Shown: piece after piece, positions 10,406 through 22,311 of the stretch | How the letters are laid out: the number at the start of each line of letters is the position of its first letter | Position numbering within the stretch: position 1 is the stretch's first letter | Origin: Epithemia pelagica | Taxonomy: Eukaryota > Protista > Bacillariophyta | Direction of reading: 5' to 3' | Length of the DNA: 64,000 bases | NCBI GenBank assembly: GCA_946965045.2 | Contig: OX337238.1 | Span: 744,001 to 808,000 of the forward strand | Program-made: the position numbers and the translations under genes | Notes under the pieces: generated by a model | The model's database searches: none | Seen by the model: only the letters and a program-made list of their open reading frames with translations | Told to the model about the DNA's origin: nothing

Positions 10406-10460
10406 GCTTGGACAGTTGAAACAGTCTCATAGCTTGGACAGTTGAAACAATCTCAAAGCT
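10406..10460. repeat. Tandem duplication, 26-bp unit x2
   Basis: GCTTGGACAGTTGAAACA(G/A)TCTCA(T/A)A at 10406 and 10432. Confidence 0.9.
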
Positions 10461-10632
10461 GTGTTCTATCTTGAGGGCAATGGTCACGCTTTATCCGTCT
10501 TCCTTGTGCAATAAGGATGCACGGTGTACAACCAACATGATCCGCAACGATTTCCTGCTCCTGTCTCTCTACAAACGTGGACAAGAACCATGCCTCTCAC
10601 CCAATTCCATGTCCGAAACATCCCAGAATGGT

Positions 10633-12600
10633 TTACAATTCGTCGTGGGGACTGGAGGGTTGGGTGGCATGGATCCATCCAAATCGGCGCGCGACCAGTT
10701 TGGCCACGGCCTTGGCTCCAATGGCACTAATTTCCATACAAGCCAACGAGCTCAATTCCATGGCCAAGGGATAATACATGGCCCCCGATGTCGTGTGACC
10801 CTGCAACCCTTCGGCTCCATCGTACAGTAAAAAGTGGGTCGAATCGCCTTGGCCTTGATACTGGGGTGTCGCACCCCCATGCGGACCACCCCACACTGGA
10901 AACAAGGAGAAGAAGAAGAAAACGACAATCGTGTCGGACAGAGTTAGAGTATCAGCAAAGGAACTCGACAGAATAGGGTGGACCATTATTTTCAGGGCAG
11001 AGAGCCAGAACGTACCCTTGACATATTCGGTTTGTACCTGGTTCCCAAACAAGAGGGTCTTGATGGTTTCATTGAGAATGTCATTGGAAAAGAGTTTGTA
11101 CACACCGGCCTCGGAATGAATTCGGGTAATGGCGGTAATATTGTAGAGCGCAGCCTTGCCGGATTCCGTCACCAAAATGGACCGTGGGGGTGCATCGGTC
11201 TTGGACAATCCCAAGACGTGGCCATCCAGTTGTCCACCACTCACGACGGTCGTGACGACTTGAGTATAGGGCCGGTGCGCGGCTTGAGGCAAAAAGGCCG
11301 GAAAGGCGTCATGACCGTCATGGTCGGATGGTGGTTCTCGTTGTGAGGACGCAGCAGAAGCTGTTTCATGTTGGTCGTGATTGGCAATGAGTCCTCCCAA
11401 GGGCATGGGTTGTAAAATGGAGTCATCAAACTGGGATTGCACATGAAATTGAATGCGACATTGATGCAAGGGTGCGGCCAAAATGACGACATCAAACACA
11501 CCCAAACTGACTGTGGGACCGGCAAAGAGTTCCAATCCTTGTCCATGCAACAATCCAATGACATGGGTGACGGTTTGGGCCTGTTGCTGGACGGGTCCAA
11601 AACAAGAGCGACGCGATCGAACCTGACGGGCCTGTCGAATAGCGGATCGAATCACGGCATGATTGCCTCCGGGAATACTAAAGAGAGTGCCACTGGAAGC
11701 GGCAAAGCTTCCCAATCCGACCAAGGCATTGACTTGATCATTGTTTTGATTGTAATTGACCAGATTAATGGCCGTAATCAATTCGTTGCGGAGACATCCC
11801 TGGGTCCACCCCAACAGCCATTGCTTCCACCAGGGGACATGGTCACGAATGTGTGCCTGATCCAACAATTGCGACAAGGACATTTGTGTCGCGGGCAACA
11901 AGCCCAATCGATCCCAAAGGGCCATGGGAGATTCAAAAAAGGTATCCGGGTCGGTACTGTTCAAGAGCTGCGGAAGGAGTTTGAATTGGTCAATCGCTTG
12001 ACTCACCAAGCGCGACATGTTCCAGAGATCCCAATTGTAACGAAGCAGGAGCAAGACCTTGTTGAGCCATTTCCACGGGGTTGGATAGGTTCGAAAGGCC
12101 CAGTCTTGATGACCATTGTAAATGCCCATGCTCCGTCCTTCTGGTGGGATAGTATCCAATCCAGTCGTAAAGGGAGGACCGAGGTCCAAGGTGGGATCGT
12201 TGTCAATCATTTCCAACACCAAATGAAAATTGACATGACCAATGGATGCTCCAATTTCAATATTCATGCCATGCTTGTCAGACAAGACTACGCTATTCAC
12301 GCGACTTCCTTGAAAATAGTCGTCGTCCGAATCCGTATTGGTAGGTCCATCCACGTTGGACGACGACGACGACGACGACGAATCGACCTGGACCGGACCG
12401 TCCAAGGGAACTGCTTCAAAAATGGTAATGGAATCGGCCTTGCAGTCTACATCATAATCCGACAAGTACTTTGCTGTAAAGGAACCACTGATTCCTTCTC
12501 CAATAATGGCAATCTTTTGACCTTCACCGACCGAACTGCCAAACACCAGCAGCCACCCCAAAAGACCAACACCACAACAACGACGACCACGACGAGCCAT
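10633..12600 (-). CDS. PCYOX1: Prenylcysteine oxidase/lyase-like flavoprotein with signal peptide and C-terminal HDEL
   Basis: Signal-like N-terminus, Rossmann KIAIIGEGISG, IEIGASI, VNYNQ, LFSIPGGN, FDVVILAAPL, MEISAIGAKAVAKL. Probable 120-nt intron 11015-10896 (GTACGT...TTCCAG) read through by the ORF track. Confidence 0.85.
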   Translation of the reverse strand: MARRGRRCCGVGLLGWLLVFGSSVGEGQKIAIIGEGISGSFTAKYLSDYDVDCKADSITIFEAVPLDGPVQVDSSSSSSSSNVDGPTNTDSDDDYFQGSRVNSVVLSDKHGMNIEIGASIGHVNFHLVLEMIDNDPTLDLGPPFTTGLDTIPPEGRSMGIYNGHQDWAFRTYPTPWKWLNKVLLLLRYNWDLWNMSRLVSQAIDQFKLLPQLLNSTDPDTFFESPMALWDRLGLLPATQMSLSQLLDQAHIRDHVPWWKQWLLGWTQGCLRNELITAINLVNYNQNNDQVNALVGLGSFAASSGTLFSIPGGNHAVIRSAIRQARQVRSRRSCFGPVQQQAQTVTHVIGLLHGQGLELFAGPTVSLGVFDVVILAAPLHQCRIQFHVQSQFDDSILQPMPLGGLIANHDQHETASAASSQREPPSDHDGHDAFPAFLPQAAHRPYTQVVTTVVSGGQLDGHVLGLSKTDAPPRSILVTESGKAALYNITAITRIHSEAGVYKLFSNDILNETIKTLLFGNQVQTEYVKGTFWLSALKIMVHPILSSSFADTLTLSDTIVVFFFFSLFPVWGGPHGGATPQYQGQGDSTHFLLYDGAEGLQGHTTSGAMYYPLAMELSSLACMEISAIGAKAVAKLVARRFGWIHATQPSSPHDEL

Positions 12601-13129
12601 GTTCTCTCTCTCTCTCTTCTTTCCTCAACAACAATTGAGAGATTCTCGAGGTTTTCTCTCCTCGCAAACCCCAAACCAAGTCGAGTATAGAAACAACGAG
12701 CAATGGGAATATTGCTTCTCGTTTTGCTTTTGTTTCGGGTCTCGTTGTCGACAAAGGAGAGGTGTGTTCTTTCGAGAAAGATTCTCCCGCCGATTTTGGC
12801 CGTATCTTTCGGACTGAGTCGCACATAATTAGTCTCGTATAGGTCGCTTTGGGTCGCGAGAGATCCTTGAAGTTTTTCGGGGAACGGGCATCCGACAGAC
12901 GGTCAGATGGACTGTGGACAGACGTGAACAGAACCGTAAGGAGACGTGTCGCATGTCGCGGCTCCAAAAACGAGGAAGAACAAACACAGAAGAGGCCAAA
13001 ATGTGGTGAGACCATGAGGGCCATGTTATCGCCGTCGTCGTACAGATTGTGTGTCAAACTGTCATTGGTCTGTTCTCCACCAGAATCCGTAGTACCACAA
13101 GTCCAAAGAGAAGAAGAAGAAGAAGAATC

Positions 13130-13847
13130 ATGTCTCACATCAACAACAACACTGCGCCAGTAGCAGTTCCTTCGGTGGAGCAAGTGGCCGTCTGGTTTTA
13201 CCAGTCGGCGACCCATCCACACCACCAAGCATCCGAATCATCATCCTCTCCTCAATGGAATCTTCAAGATTGGGTCAATCGTGCGCAACAGTCGGAAGAA
13301 TATCGTTCACCCTTGGCTTCCACCTGTTTCCAATTGTTTGCCGACGAACAACGATCCCTGGAAATTCGATTTGCCGCCTTGACGACGCTGTCTCGCTTGT
13401 CGCTCAATCCGTTGGAACGACACGAATTGCGTCGCTACCTGCTTCACCACTTTGGAGGAACAACCACACAAAAACCAGTACCCGCCTTTTTACGCAACAA
13501 GGCGTCGTGGATTTTGATGCAACACATGTTGGTCGATCTCCCAACCGGACACTGGCCCACTTTGTTGCCCGACATGGGGCATTTGGCCCAACGATTTCCG
13601 CACTTGTTTCTCAAAACGGTCGAAACCTTGTTGGAAGACTTTTTGGTCAATGACACGGACAAGGAATCGATTCGTCACGTCAAGGATGCCCTCAAGGGCT
13701 ATACCAGTACCACAACTACCACCACCACCACTCCAACCACCACTCCAACCACATCGCCGACTCCGTTGGAGGAATTGTTTGGTACCACTGTTCATCTACT
13801 GGCCATGTCCTTGTCCGATTCTGGCCTGAACGATAACAGCAGCATCC

Positions 13848-13897
<50 letters not shown>

Positions 13898-16528
13898 AAT
13901 GGTTCAAGAAACCCTCCCGATACCGAATTGCAATTGTTGGCCTTGAATACAATCCGGGCGTTTTTCATGTGGACCGAATTGTCCTTTTTGGGATCGGAAC
14001 CATCCAATCGGGCCTTGGAATTGCTCTTGTGGAGTTTGCATCCCCAAACCCATGCCACGGTCCAAGTGGCCGCCTTGTCGGCCTGGGGCGAATGGTCCAC
14101 CAGTGCTTCTTTGCATTCATCGTCGTCGTCGTCCTCCTCCAGTATTGCCTCGAGGCAAGATCCCAAACTGTTCGTCATGCGAGCAGTCTTGGAACGAGTC
14201 CACGAATACAACTTGTTGCCCGTCACGGGAGAATCCGACCGTGACATTGAAGTCGTCATTCAAGTCGCCAAACTCGTGGCCTTGTTTGGAATGGAATTGG
14301 AACCATTGCGACGGCAGTCGCAATCACCAGAAGGAGGAGGGGGAAGCAACAGCAATACCCACAACCATGCGACTGCATCCTACCAGGCGTTTGTCTCGCT
14401 CTTTCACAAGGTATTGGACATGTTTTTTCGGGCCTTGGCCTACGACGATATTGATGTGTCGGGCGCGGTACTTCCCTTGGCCGTCCGGTTGACACTCGGG
14501 ATGCAAGACGAACAACACCCAACCGCCGAATCGTGTGGTGAAACCTCCAACTCCAATGGTGGTGTGGGCTTGTTGCAGCATGTCCCTCGCATTTTGAATA
14601 GTCTGTACAATCAACTCAAGTATCCTGTAGATTTTGACGATTTTGACAATGAAGACAATGCCGAAGAAGAACAATATCGAACGGAACTGTGCAAACTCTT
14701 TTGCAAACTCGTCTTGGTGGCACCCGACGTTTGTTTGCAATTTGTGGGAGAAGCCGTGGGACAATTCATTGGCTCCAACAACAGCAGCAACAACAACAAT
14801 CCTTCCTTGGGATCCGCGCCCGCACCCGATGTCGAAGCCACCCTGCGATTGCTCTTTCATTACGCCGAAGGAATTCGTCCCACACCAGGAGTCAAGACAG
14901 TTCTCAAGAATCCAGCCTTTCGGTCCCTCCTTGTGACCATTCATGGAAGTGACATTGCCAATCATGCTCATGATCAAGTTCTTTGTTTGTATTACGAAAC
15001 AGCCGTTCGATATTGCTTGTTTTATAACAGTCCCACGAAAGCTGGAGGTGAAACCACCAATGCCCCCAGTGCCATCACCAGTACGACAGAACTCTTGCTC
15101 TTGGGGAAATTGTTGGAATCCATTAGTGGTCCAAGGGGATTGCAACATGCGACGGCCAAAGTGAGATCACGGTGTTGCTACCTGTTCTTGAGACTGGTCA
15201 AGACATTGGTGGCCCTCTTGAGACCACTGGTGGAAACGGCAGTGCATGGCATCTCCAATCTCTTGTCGAACCACAAGGAATTGGAGTTGCGGCCCGATGA
15301 CACCCTTTACTTGTTTGAAGCTTTGGGATTTTTGTTGGGCAAAACGGGTTTGTCACCCGCGGATCAACAACGCTATTTGACCATGGTCATGACACCTCAT
15401 GTGCGATCGATTAAAGACGTCTTGTCCAATGCAACGACGAGGACAACAAGTCTTTCGTCGGATGAAGTGGAACTATATGGTCAATCCTTGTCGTACTCGG
15501 TGGCAGCCATTGCCTATCTGAGCAAGGGATTTTCCAAACAGCCTTGTGAAGAAATTCAACAAGTCTTGGTGGAAGCCACGGGGATTGCGCGTGACGTCCT
15601 ATGTGTGTTTGCCATGAGTGATGCCGTTCGGAACAAGGTCATGGTCTTTTTGCAACGCATGATTCAGTCGATTGGTTCCAAAGTACTGCCGTTTCTTCCA
15701 GATGTATTGGAGCTGCTCATTCAACACTGCACGAGTGAAGACATTTTGTTTGTGGCGCAACTCTTTAATCAACTCTGTATCAAATTCAAAGAGGAGGCAT
15801 GTTCGTCCATGGACGCTGCTCTCATGCCCTTTCTACGCAAGTGCCATGCACTGGCAGTCTCTCTCACGACTGCGACGAATGATTCGGCACGTTCCTCCAC
15901 CAATACCATCATCCACGTGGGGGACTCCCCATTACCCAAACCCACGGATACGCCCCCACATGCCTTGACGGAACAATTGTCGATACAGAAATTGGCGTTC
16001 ACCGTCCTTCACCATATTGTCATGCACAAAGCAACAGCAACACTAACGTCTTCCATAAATGCGAGCCACCTGGAAGCCATTTTCAATACAGTCAAAGATG
16101 GGGCGATTGTGGTACAGGATCCAGTGATTAAGAAAACGTGCCTGAAATTTTTCCGCGAATTATTGGAGGAGTGGAATGTATCCGATCCCTTGATGCAAAG
16201 GTACAAGGCCGGGCTTGATATATTTGCTTGCCAATCGTTGATTCCCGGAGTGTGGCAGAGCATGTGTCTGCCAGCGTTTGATGAAAGGGATGCTCAGCAG
16301 TCTCGTAACGTGAACGAGTTTGCACACATTTTGTTTTCCATCCAACAAAAACATGGCTGGGAAGCCATTGTCAACTCACTCCGAGCCAGTGGTGATAACT
16401 GGCCGGGCAACTCGAATTCAATACCAATGTTTGAGGGAGTACCATCGACTGTGAAATCCCTGGAGACCCTGCTCTTGCATGTTCTTGGGGAGAAGAAGAA
16501 GCTGTCAAACACAACCCATTCGGGCTAG
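13130..16528 (+). CDS. XPOT: Exportin-T (tRNA export karyopherin)
   Basis: HEAT/ARM-like protein; LEIRFAAL, PAFLRNKAS, WPTLLPD, YRTELCKLF, VEATLRLLFHY, VRSRCCYLFLRLVK, VRNKVMVFLQRMI resemble exportin-T/Los1. First in-frame ATG at 13130. Confidence 0.75.
13850..13900 (+). repeat. (AAC)15(AAT)2 microsatellite encoding poly-Asn17 in exportin-T
   Basis: Directly visible. Confidence 0.95.
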
Positions 16529-17039
16529 AGAAAAGTATGTTGATCTCGCAGCTATATTGGAAACACCAACCAGTTTCCAGGGTTTTCTCAGCGAGTCAAC
16601 TGTGGGCTGCTTGACCAAATCCTGATGTTCTCAACGTTTCCAGTCGTTCAGTCTCGAGCCGTGACTTTGGGAAGCTCTTTGTGTATATGGGGTCACAGCT
16701 ATTGCACTACTGGAAGGTGGCTACGAGGGGTACACCCAAAGAAAAGTTTAATTTTCCTGCTATGCCAACTACGGAACCAGACCAAACATGCTACATGGCT
16801 ATTCCGCTCTGCTAAAATAACCAAACACAACAAATTCTGTGGTGTAGCTGGTGTAGATCCACAGCCATTACGTACCCGGGATGCGCAATCATGTCAAAGT
16901 TTCGAAGCACTCTTTTCGATATCTCATAGGCTACATCGCGTTCCTAATATAGTGGGTCGAACCATTCCAATAATCTTGGTTTCCCAGCTTGGAGATGGCA
17001 ATCCATCCAAGACAATGTTCTTCTTGAGATGCTGCTCAA

Positions 17040-18831
17040 TCAAGTACCATATCCCTTGTCTTTGGTAGCCATGAGAGGCTGTTGTTCTGTTTGCATTTGG
17101 TCCTGGTCAACATCGTCGTCTTCGTCTTCTTCTTCATTGCCCCTTCCTTCGGGAATGGCACTCAACCTTCGTGACAAATCATAATGCCAACTTCGAATCT
17201 TTTGGTGAGAGGAACAACAAAAGATACAACAGCCCACACACATGCCGAACAACAGAAAGAGAAACCAACAGGCGAGCAACTGGTCACCGGATGACATGTG
17301 GCCTAAATGCCGCCACATTTCTCCACCCTGTAGTGCATGCCTATTTTGCACAGGCCCCGAGAAGAAGACGGTCGACGATAACGTCAAGACCGCGGGTGTC
17401 GGGGAATCCTCCGGGTCGTTCACACCTACGGCGTCGACCCAATCACAGAGAGAGGATATTTCTTTTTGTTGCTTGCCGTGTTTTTCTGTTGCCAGCATCT
17501 CATCCTGTTGTTGAGTCGGTGGAAACTGAAATCTTGGATGGGTCAAGACGTGTTGATTCCACAATCGCAAAACTGTAGCATTCAAGGCCAAACGAGAATT
17601 GCCAAAACCTGCCGTTTGCCACAGTGGTTGCTCAGTCCAATCACAATTAATGTAGGACCACATGGCAATGTCATAATTGTCAATCAACTGGAGGATAGGG
17701 ACAAACCAGTCTTGCCATGGATCGTCCAAGACGTCGATTCCACGATAGGGTGTCGACTCGGCAATCATGAGTGGTTTGGGTCGCACAAGATTGTCATTAT
17801 TTGTGGGCTTGTGACGATGAGAATGATGATGGTGGTGGTGATCTTGGTGTGTGTGGTCGTTTGAGTGGTGATGGCGGACATCTTTATGTGCATGAGTCTC
17901 TTTCGTATTGCGTTCTGTTATATTCTGGTCTTCTTGGTTGTTGTTCGTTTCGTTGTGGTTGGGAGCTGGTTCGTCCAATGTCAGACTGGAGGCAAAGTCC
18001 AATACCTCTTGTACCGTTTGTAGATTGCCCAATTCACTGTCAGGATAAAACTGTTGAAACAAACTAATGCCTATCCAATCCACATAGTCATTGCCGGGGT
18101 AATACTCGTTCAAGGATTGATTGGGTGGCAAACCGGCGGCCCACGAATGCCAGACAAAGACCGTCTTGGTGCGGCACCCCTCCCATGAACGACAACCGTC
18201 CACCACCCTTTGAAAGGCTTGGATAAATAAGCTGGGACGGTCATTATATCCAAATTCCGGATTGTCAAATTCGTATCCGACGCGCAAAAAGATTTGCGCA
18301 AAGGGAGAGTGTACAATATACTTGTACAAACGCTCTAAATTTGTGGTAAGCTTCCCATCCACAATGTCTTGACATCCCTCGCTTCCATTCAACCACAGTC
18401 CGACTTGCAGTCCACGAAACGATTCTGATTTTTCAGTAGAAGGATCAATGAAAGAATCAGCATATTCAATCCCACTACCATAGTCAACAGGTTGATCCAA
18501 CCCTCGCAGTTCTTGAATGTTGGTGTACACCATGTATGCTGCAGGAAGAACATTGGCCTTCTGAGGGACAGGCAATGGTCTTTCTGGTTCGCCTCTGCTC
18601 AGTTCCAGAAAAGAGTTTGTTAGTTGTGGAGTTGCTTCCTTTGCCATAATACATCGAACTCTTGTGGACTTACTCCTCATGCGCCGTCGATGAGCGATTC
18701 ATGTATTCATGAAGAGAGAAATTGTACATTTCATTCACATAGTCTTGAATGGAGAATAGGTCTTGGCCGATGGTCAGAAAGGTATGGCCTGTAGGAGGCC
18801 GACAATCCATGTTTTGGTTCAAGCTCGCCAT
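17040..18831 (-). CDS. GH26-family glycoside hydrolase with His-rich insert and C-terminal TM; exons 18831-18674 and 18594-17040
   Basis: TFLTIGQD in an upstream exon joined by a 79-nt phase-2 intron (GTAAGT...CTAAC...GCAG); FLRVGYEFD (acid/base), VWHSWA, YYPGNDYVDWIGISLF, KPLMIAESTP (nucleophile); TM LLACWFLFLLFGMCVGCCIF. 5' end uncertain. Confidence 0.8.
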
Positions 18832-19231
18832 GGTCCGATGTGAAGGAGAAAAAATGAAAAAGATGTCACGAAAAAGATCCGCCGTGTGCCCGGCGCCCTC
18901 CGCCCTGCCCCTGCTGGTCTCGAAGCTACCAGGCGATGAAAAGTACACATTGTATGAGTAGTTCAATCATAGCAACATAGGAGTATACTACTCTCTCCTA
19001 TAACTCCCACTCCAGTGTTTGTGGACGTTATCTCCATGACTCCGGAACGCATTTCTTCTAGCAAAGGCGATCTAGACGAAATGTGGAGTTGTGAATGTGG
19101 GAGTGCATCCCTATTACTATTAGCATACACTGGCCTGACACTAGACCAGTTCTCTGATATCACAATTTCACAAACGAACATGGCAGTCAAGTGGCTTCAT
19201 CCATTCACTTGGTTTCCTGGAAGACGCCACG

Positions 19232-21741
19232 CTAGTTATCCTCCGTCATCATGGTGTCTGACCGACTAAGCTCCTTGGGATAGTATTTCTTGAGCAATTC
19301 TTCAAACTCGTCTTCACTCACGGTGCCATTGCGATCACGATCTAACTCGTTGACAATGGCACCAATTTCATCGACCGAAAAGCCCATTTGCAAGGCATCG
19401 AGCTTGGCCTTGAATTCACCAATGGTAATTTCCCCACTGTGATCTCGGTCAAACATGCCAAACAAATCCTTGGCACGTTCTCGCAGCGTCATATTATCGG
19501 CTTCCGATTGAGTGGCATACCACTGCAGGAATTCTTGTTTGGTTACCTCACCATCATCATCGGCATCCAATGTGGATACCATTTTATGAAAGTCTGGATC
19601 GGTCATGGTGGCACCCAGTCGAGTGAGGAGAGCGCGGAATTCATCGTGTGAAATGGATCCACTGTGGTCAGCATCCAGGGCATCAAAGGATTTGGCAACC
19701 TCTAATTCTTCCAGGGACGAGAAGGAGTTTTTCCAACTTTTTGCTCGAAGGAGCTTTCGTTGTGAATTCGTATGGAACACTCCGTTTTGAGCCGTATGCC
19801 ACATTTTTTGAATAATCAAAAATGTTCGAACCACTCGACCAGTCTTGGTCTCGAGCAAAACATCACTGACAATCTGCGGCTTACGGTACGCGCCAATGGA
19901 AGACACCTGAGCAAGAGCCGCTACCACGCTCTTTTTGTTATATGAAATTCCAAGAATGGGCAATGCCGCCATGATGGTAAACACTGTAAACATGGGCCAG
20001 TCGTAATGGTCGTAAATGTAGGGTAGAAAGGTCAACAAGTGTACACCAGCATAAGCTCCTGTGAAGATCAAGTTACTTTGTAGAATCAAAAAGTAAAGTT
20101 TTGGACCATACGAGTCCATAAAAAAGAGTGCTTGTTGCCTGTTGGGGTGACCACCAACCAGGCACCGTACCAATAAGTTTCTCGACTTGCGAAACTTTTC
20201 AATGTCGATATCACACCAAGGGGGCAGGTCCAAGGAGCGGCGCATGTCCTGGAAGGTATTCATGAGATAGGATCCTTCTGTTGGCTGCTCGTCTTCATCT
20301 TCCAATAAGAGTTCCTCGCTGTACATGTGTTCGGAAAACTCCGAGCTCAGAAATTTTTTGGGAATAAACTGATTTCGAATGGCCACCATGTGTTGTTCGA
20401 AAAGAATATTTGCGAGAAAGACAAACCATCCAACGCCTACAAAGATCCAGGAAATCACCTGTTGCCCAGCCAAAAGGGAGTTGCTTAGCCGCATTCGTGT
20501 TGTTGATCGAGCACGTCGATTTCAGGACAAAATCTTTCCTACATACCTCAATGTTTCGACCAACCAAAATACAAATCCCATAGAATCCAACAATCAAAAT
20601 ACCAAAGAAGAACCAAGTCTTTTCCTCCACTTCGACAATACGAGTAAGGGTGTAAGCTTGTGCCAAGGATAGGTATCGTCCAAAGTTAAAGTCAGCTTCG
20701 ACGCGTTTATCTTCTGGAGCGGGATGGAAGGGATCGTCCAAAGACCGCTCCAGAAGAAACTCCTCTCGAAGCGCTTTGAAAGTGATATACATTTGAGCTT
20801 TCTCGATTTTTCGATTACGTAGTTGAGGGAAACACAAGGCAAAGATGGTGTCTTTCTTTTGGAAATTCTGGTGCATGGACTGCGATATAGAGCGCACTCT
20901 ACTGATTCGAGAATTGGGCATTTTCGCCAAGGCATCCAGTTCTTCCCATTGGCGTTCTGTCAATGATGCCTCTTGGATAAGAATTAAGACCTGAATGACA
21001 AAGAAGACCATGATAAAGAAAATTGAATAGTGGACGGATCTGTCAAAGTAGGACGACGGATGATCTTGGTGAGACGCACTGGCCACTGATTCGTCGTCCA
21101 CCAATCCACCTCCAAACTTACTCGAAATATTCCAAAAGCTCTTCATCCTCCCCTCTGCCAAACACTTTGACGGAAATCTTTTCCAGGGCACCGGTCTGCG
21201 TCAAGACAAATGTTACAATGGCCAAAAAGCCAAGAATTGTCAACTCTCCGAAAAGTTTCTCCAAGATAACTTCCATATCTTCTGTGACCGATTCCTCCAG
21301 CAACTCTTTCATTGCCTCAAAAGCTAAGGTTGCCAAAATGAGAAAGAGGGCGATGACAATGACCACAAGCAGATCTACTTGATCAAACACATTCTCATCT
21401 TCTTCCTCCTCTCCTTCTTCTTCTTCTTCTTCTTCTTCTTCTTCCTCCTCTTCTTCTCCTTCGGCCTCCTCCTCTTTTCCATGTCCACTTTCTTCTTCAC
21501 CTGATTCTTCCACAGACTCAACTTCTGCAGTCTCTGCTGTCGGTGCTTCTTCCAACCGTCGAGAACTTGGTGTCAACGTCGTGTCCGACGACAAGAATTG
21601 TTTCGACGTCGACTTGTTGAGTGCAGTTTTGGGAAGAGATCCTGATTGCATCCATCTTCCAACACCAATGCATAGAATACTGCACAAAAGCAGAAACGTC
21701 GTCAGACTGCTTTTCTTGGATCGAGATCTCCGGCGTGCCAT
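19232..21741 (-). CDS. MLO-like multi-pass membrane protein fused to four C-terminal EF-hands (~779 aa); exons 21741-21122, 21039-20547, 20458-19232
   Basis: Two GT-AG introns (82 and 88 nt) join three track ORFs in frame. MLO-like LEKLFGELTILGFLAIV, FESVHYSIFF, YITFKALREEF, FNFGRYL. EF loops DADHSGSISHDE, DADDDGEVTKQE, DRDHSGEITIGE, DRDRNGTVSEDE. Confidence 0.8.
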
Positions 21742-22311
21742 GGTGAACAGTGACGAAAGATCTCCCTTTGACCTTACTATTGCTGAAAATAAAACCCACA
21801 GGCGAAAAATCTTCCGACACGCAAGCCCCACGCACAGTGCACACTGTGCAAGTCGGAAGCAAAAAATCAAACTCTGTGTGGCACAAAAATGCGAACCAGA
21901 CGTCTGGCCACCTCAACGGTTTTGGAATGAGGTACTCGTAAGGTATTGTTCTGCTGGAAGCAGTGGAGCACATGGAGCATGGATTCTCCGTGCAAACAAA
22001 TTTGTTGGACATAGACGTCGACAGTTGAGGACGCACGTCAGAGCTCTAATTAGTACTATTCAGGATTGAGGCAATAGTATTAGAAAGAACATAGTTGGGA
22101 TACTTACACTTATGTAATGTTGAGAGCGCGCGGAGCGCCGGGTCTCACATCCCTACTCACATAACGCGGTTCCAATCAATGACCACACCGTCGGTTCCCA
22201 CCAGTTTCGGTTCTATCGCACCTCTGTGGCATTCTATCGTTTCCCGAAACGCATGGTTCTGAAAAAAGAGAACCAAGAGTTGATAGAAAGGCGCTTCAGG
22301 ATCATACAACA

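Noticed and set aside
11437-12690. 417-aa plus-strand ORF
   Set aside because: Antisense shadow of the prenylcysteine oxidase CDS; no motifs.
13850-13900. Telomere-like or structural satellite
   Set aside because: In-frame poly-Asn microsatellite inside a CDS, like many others in the window.
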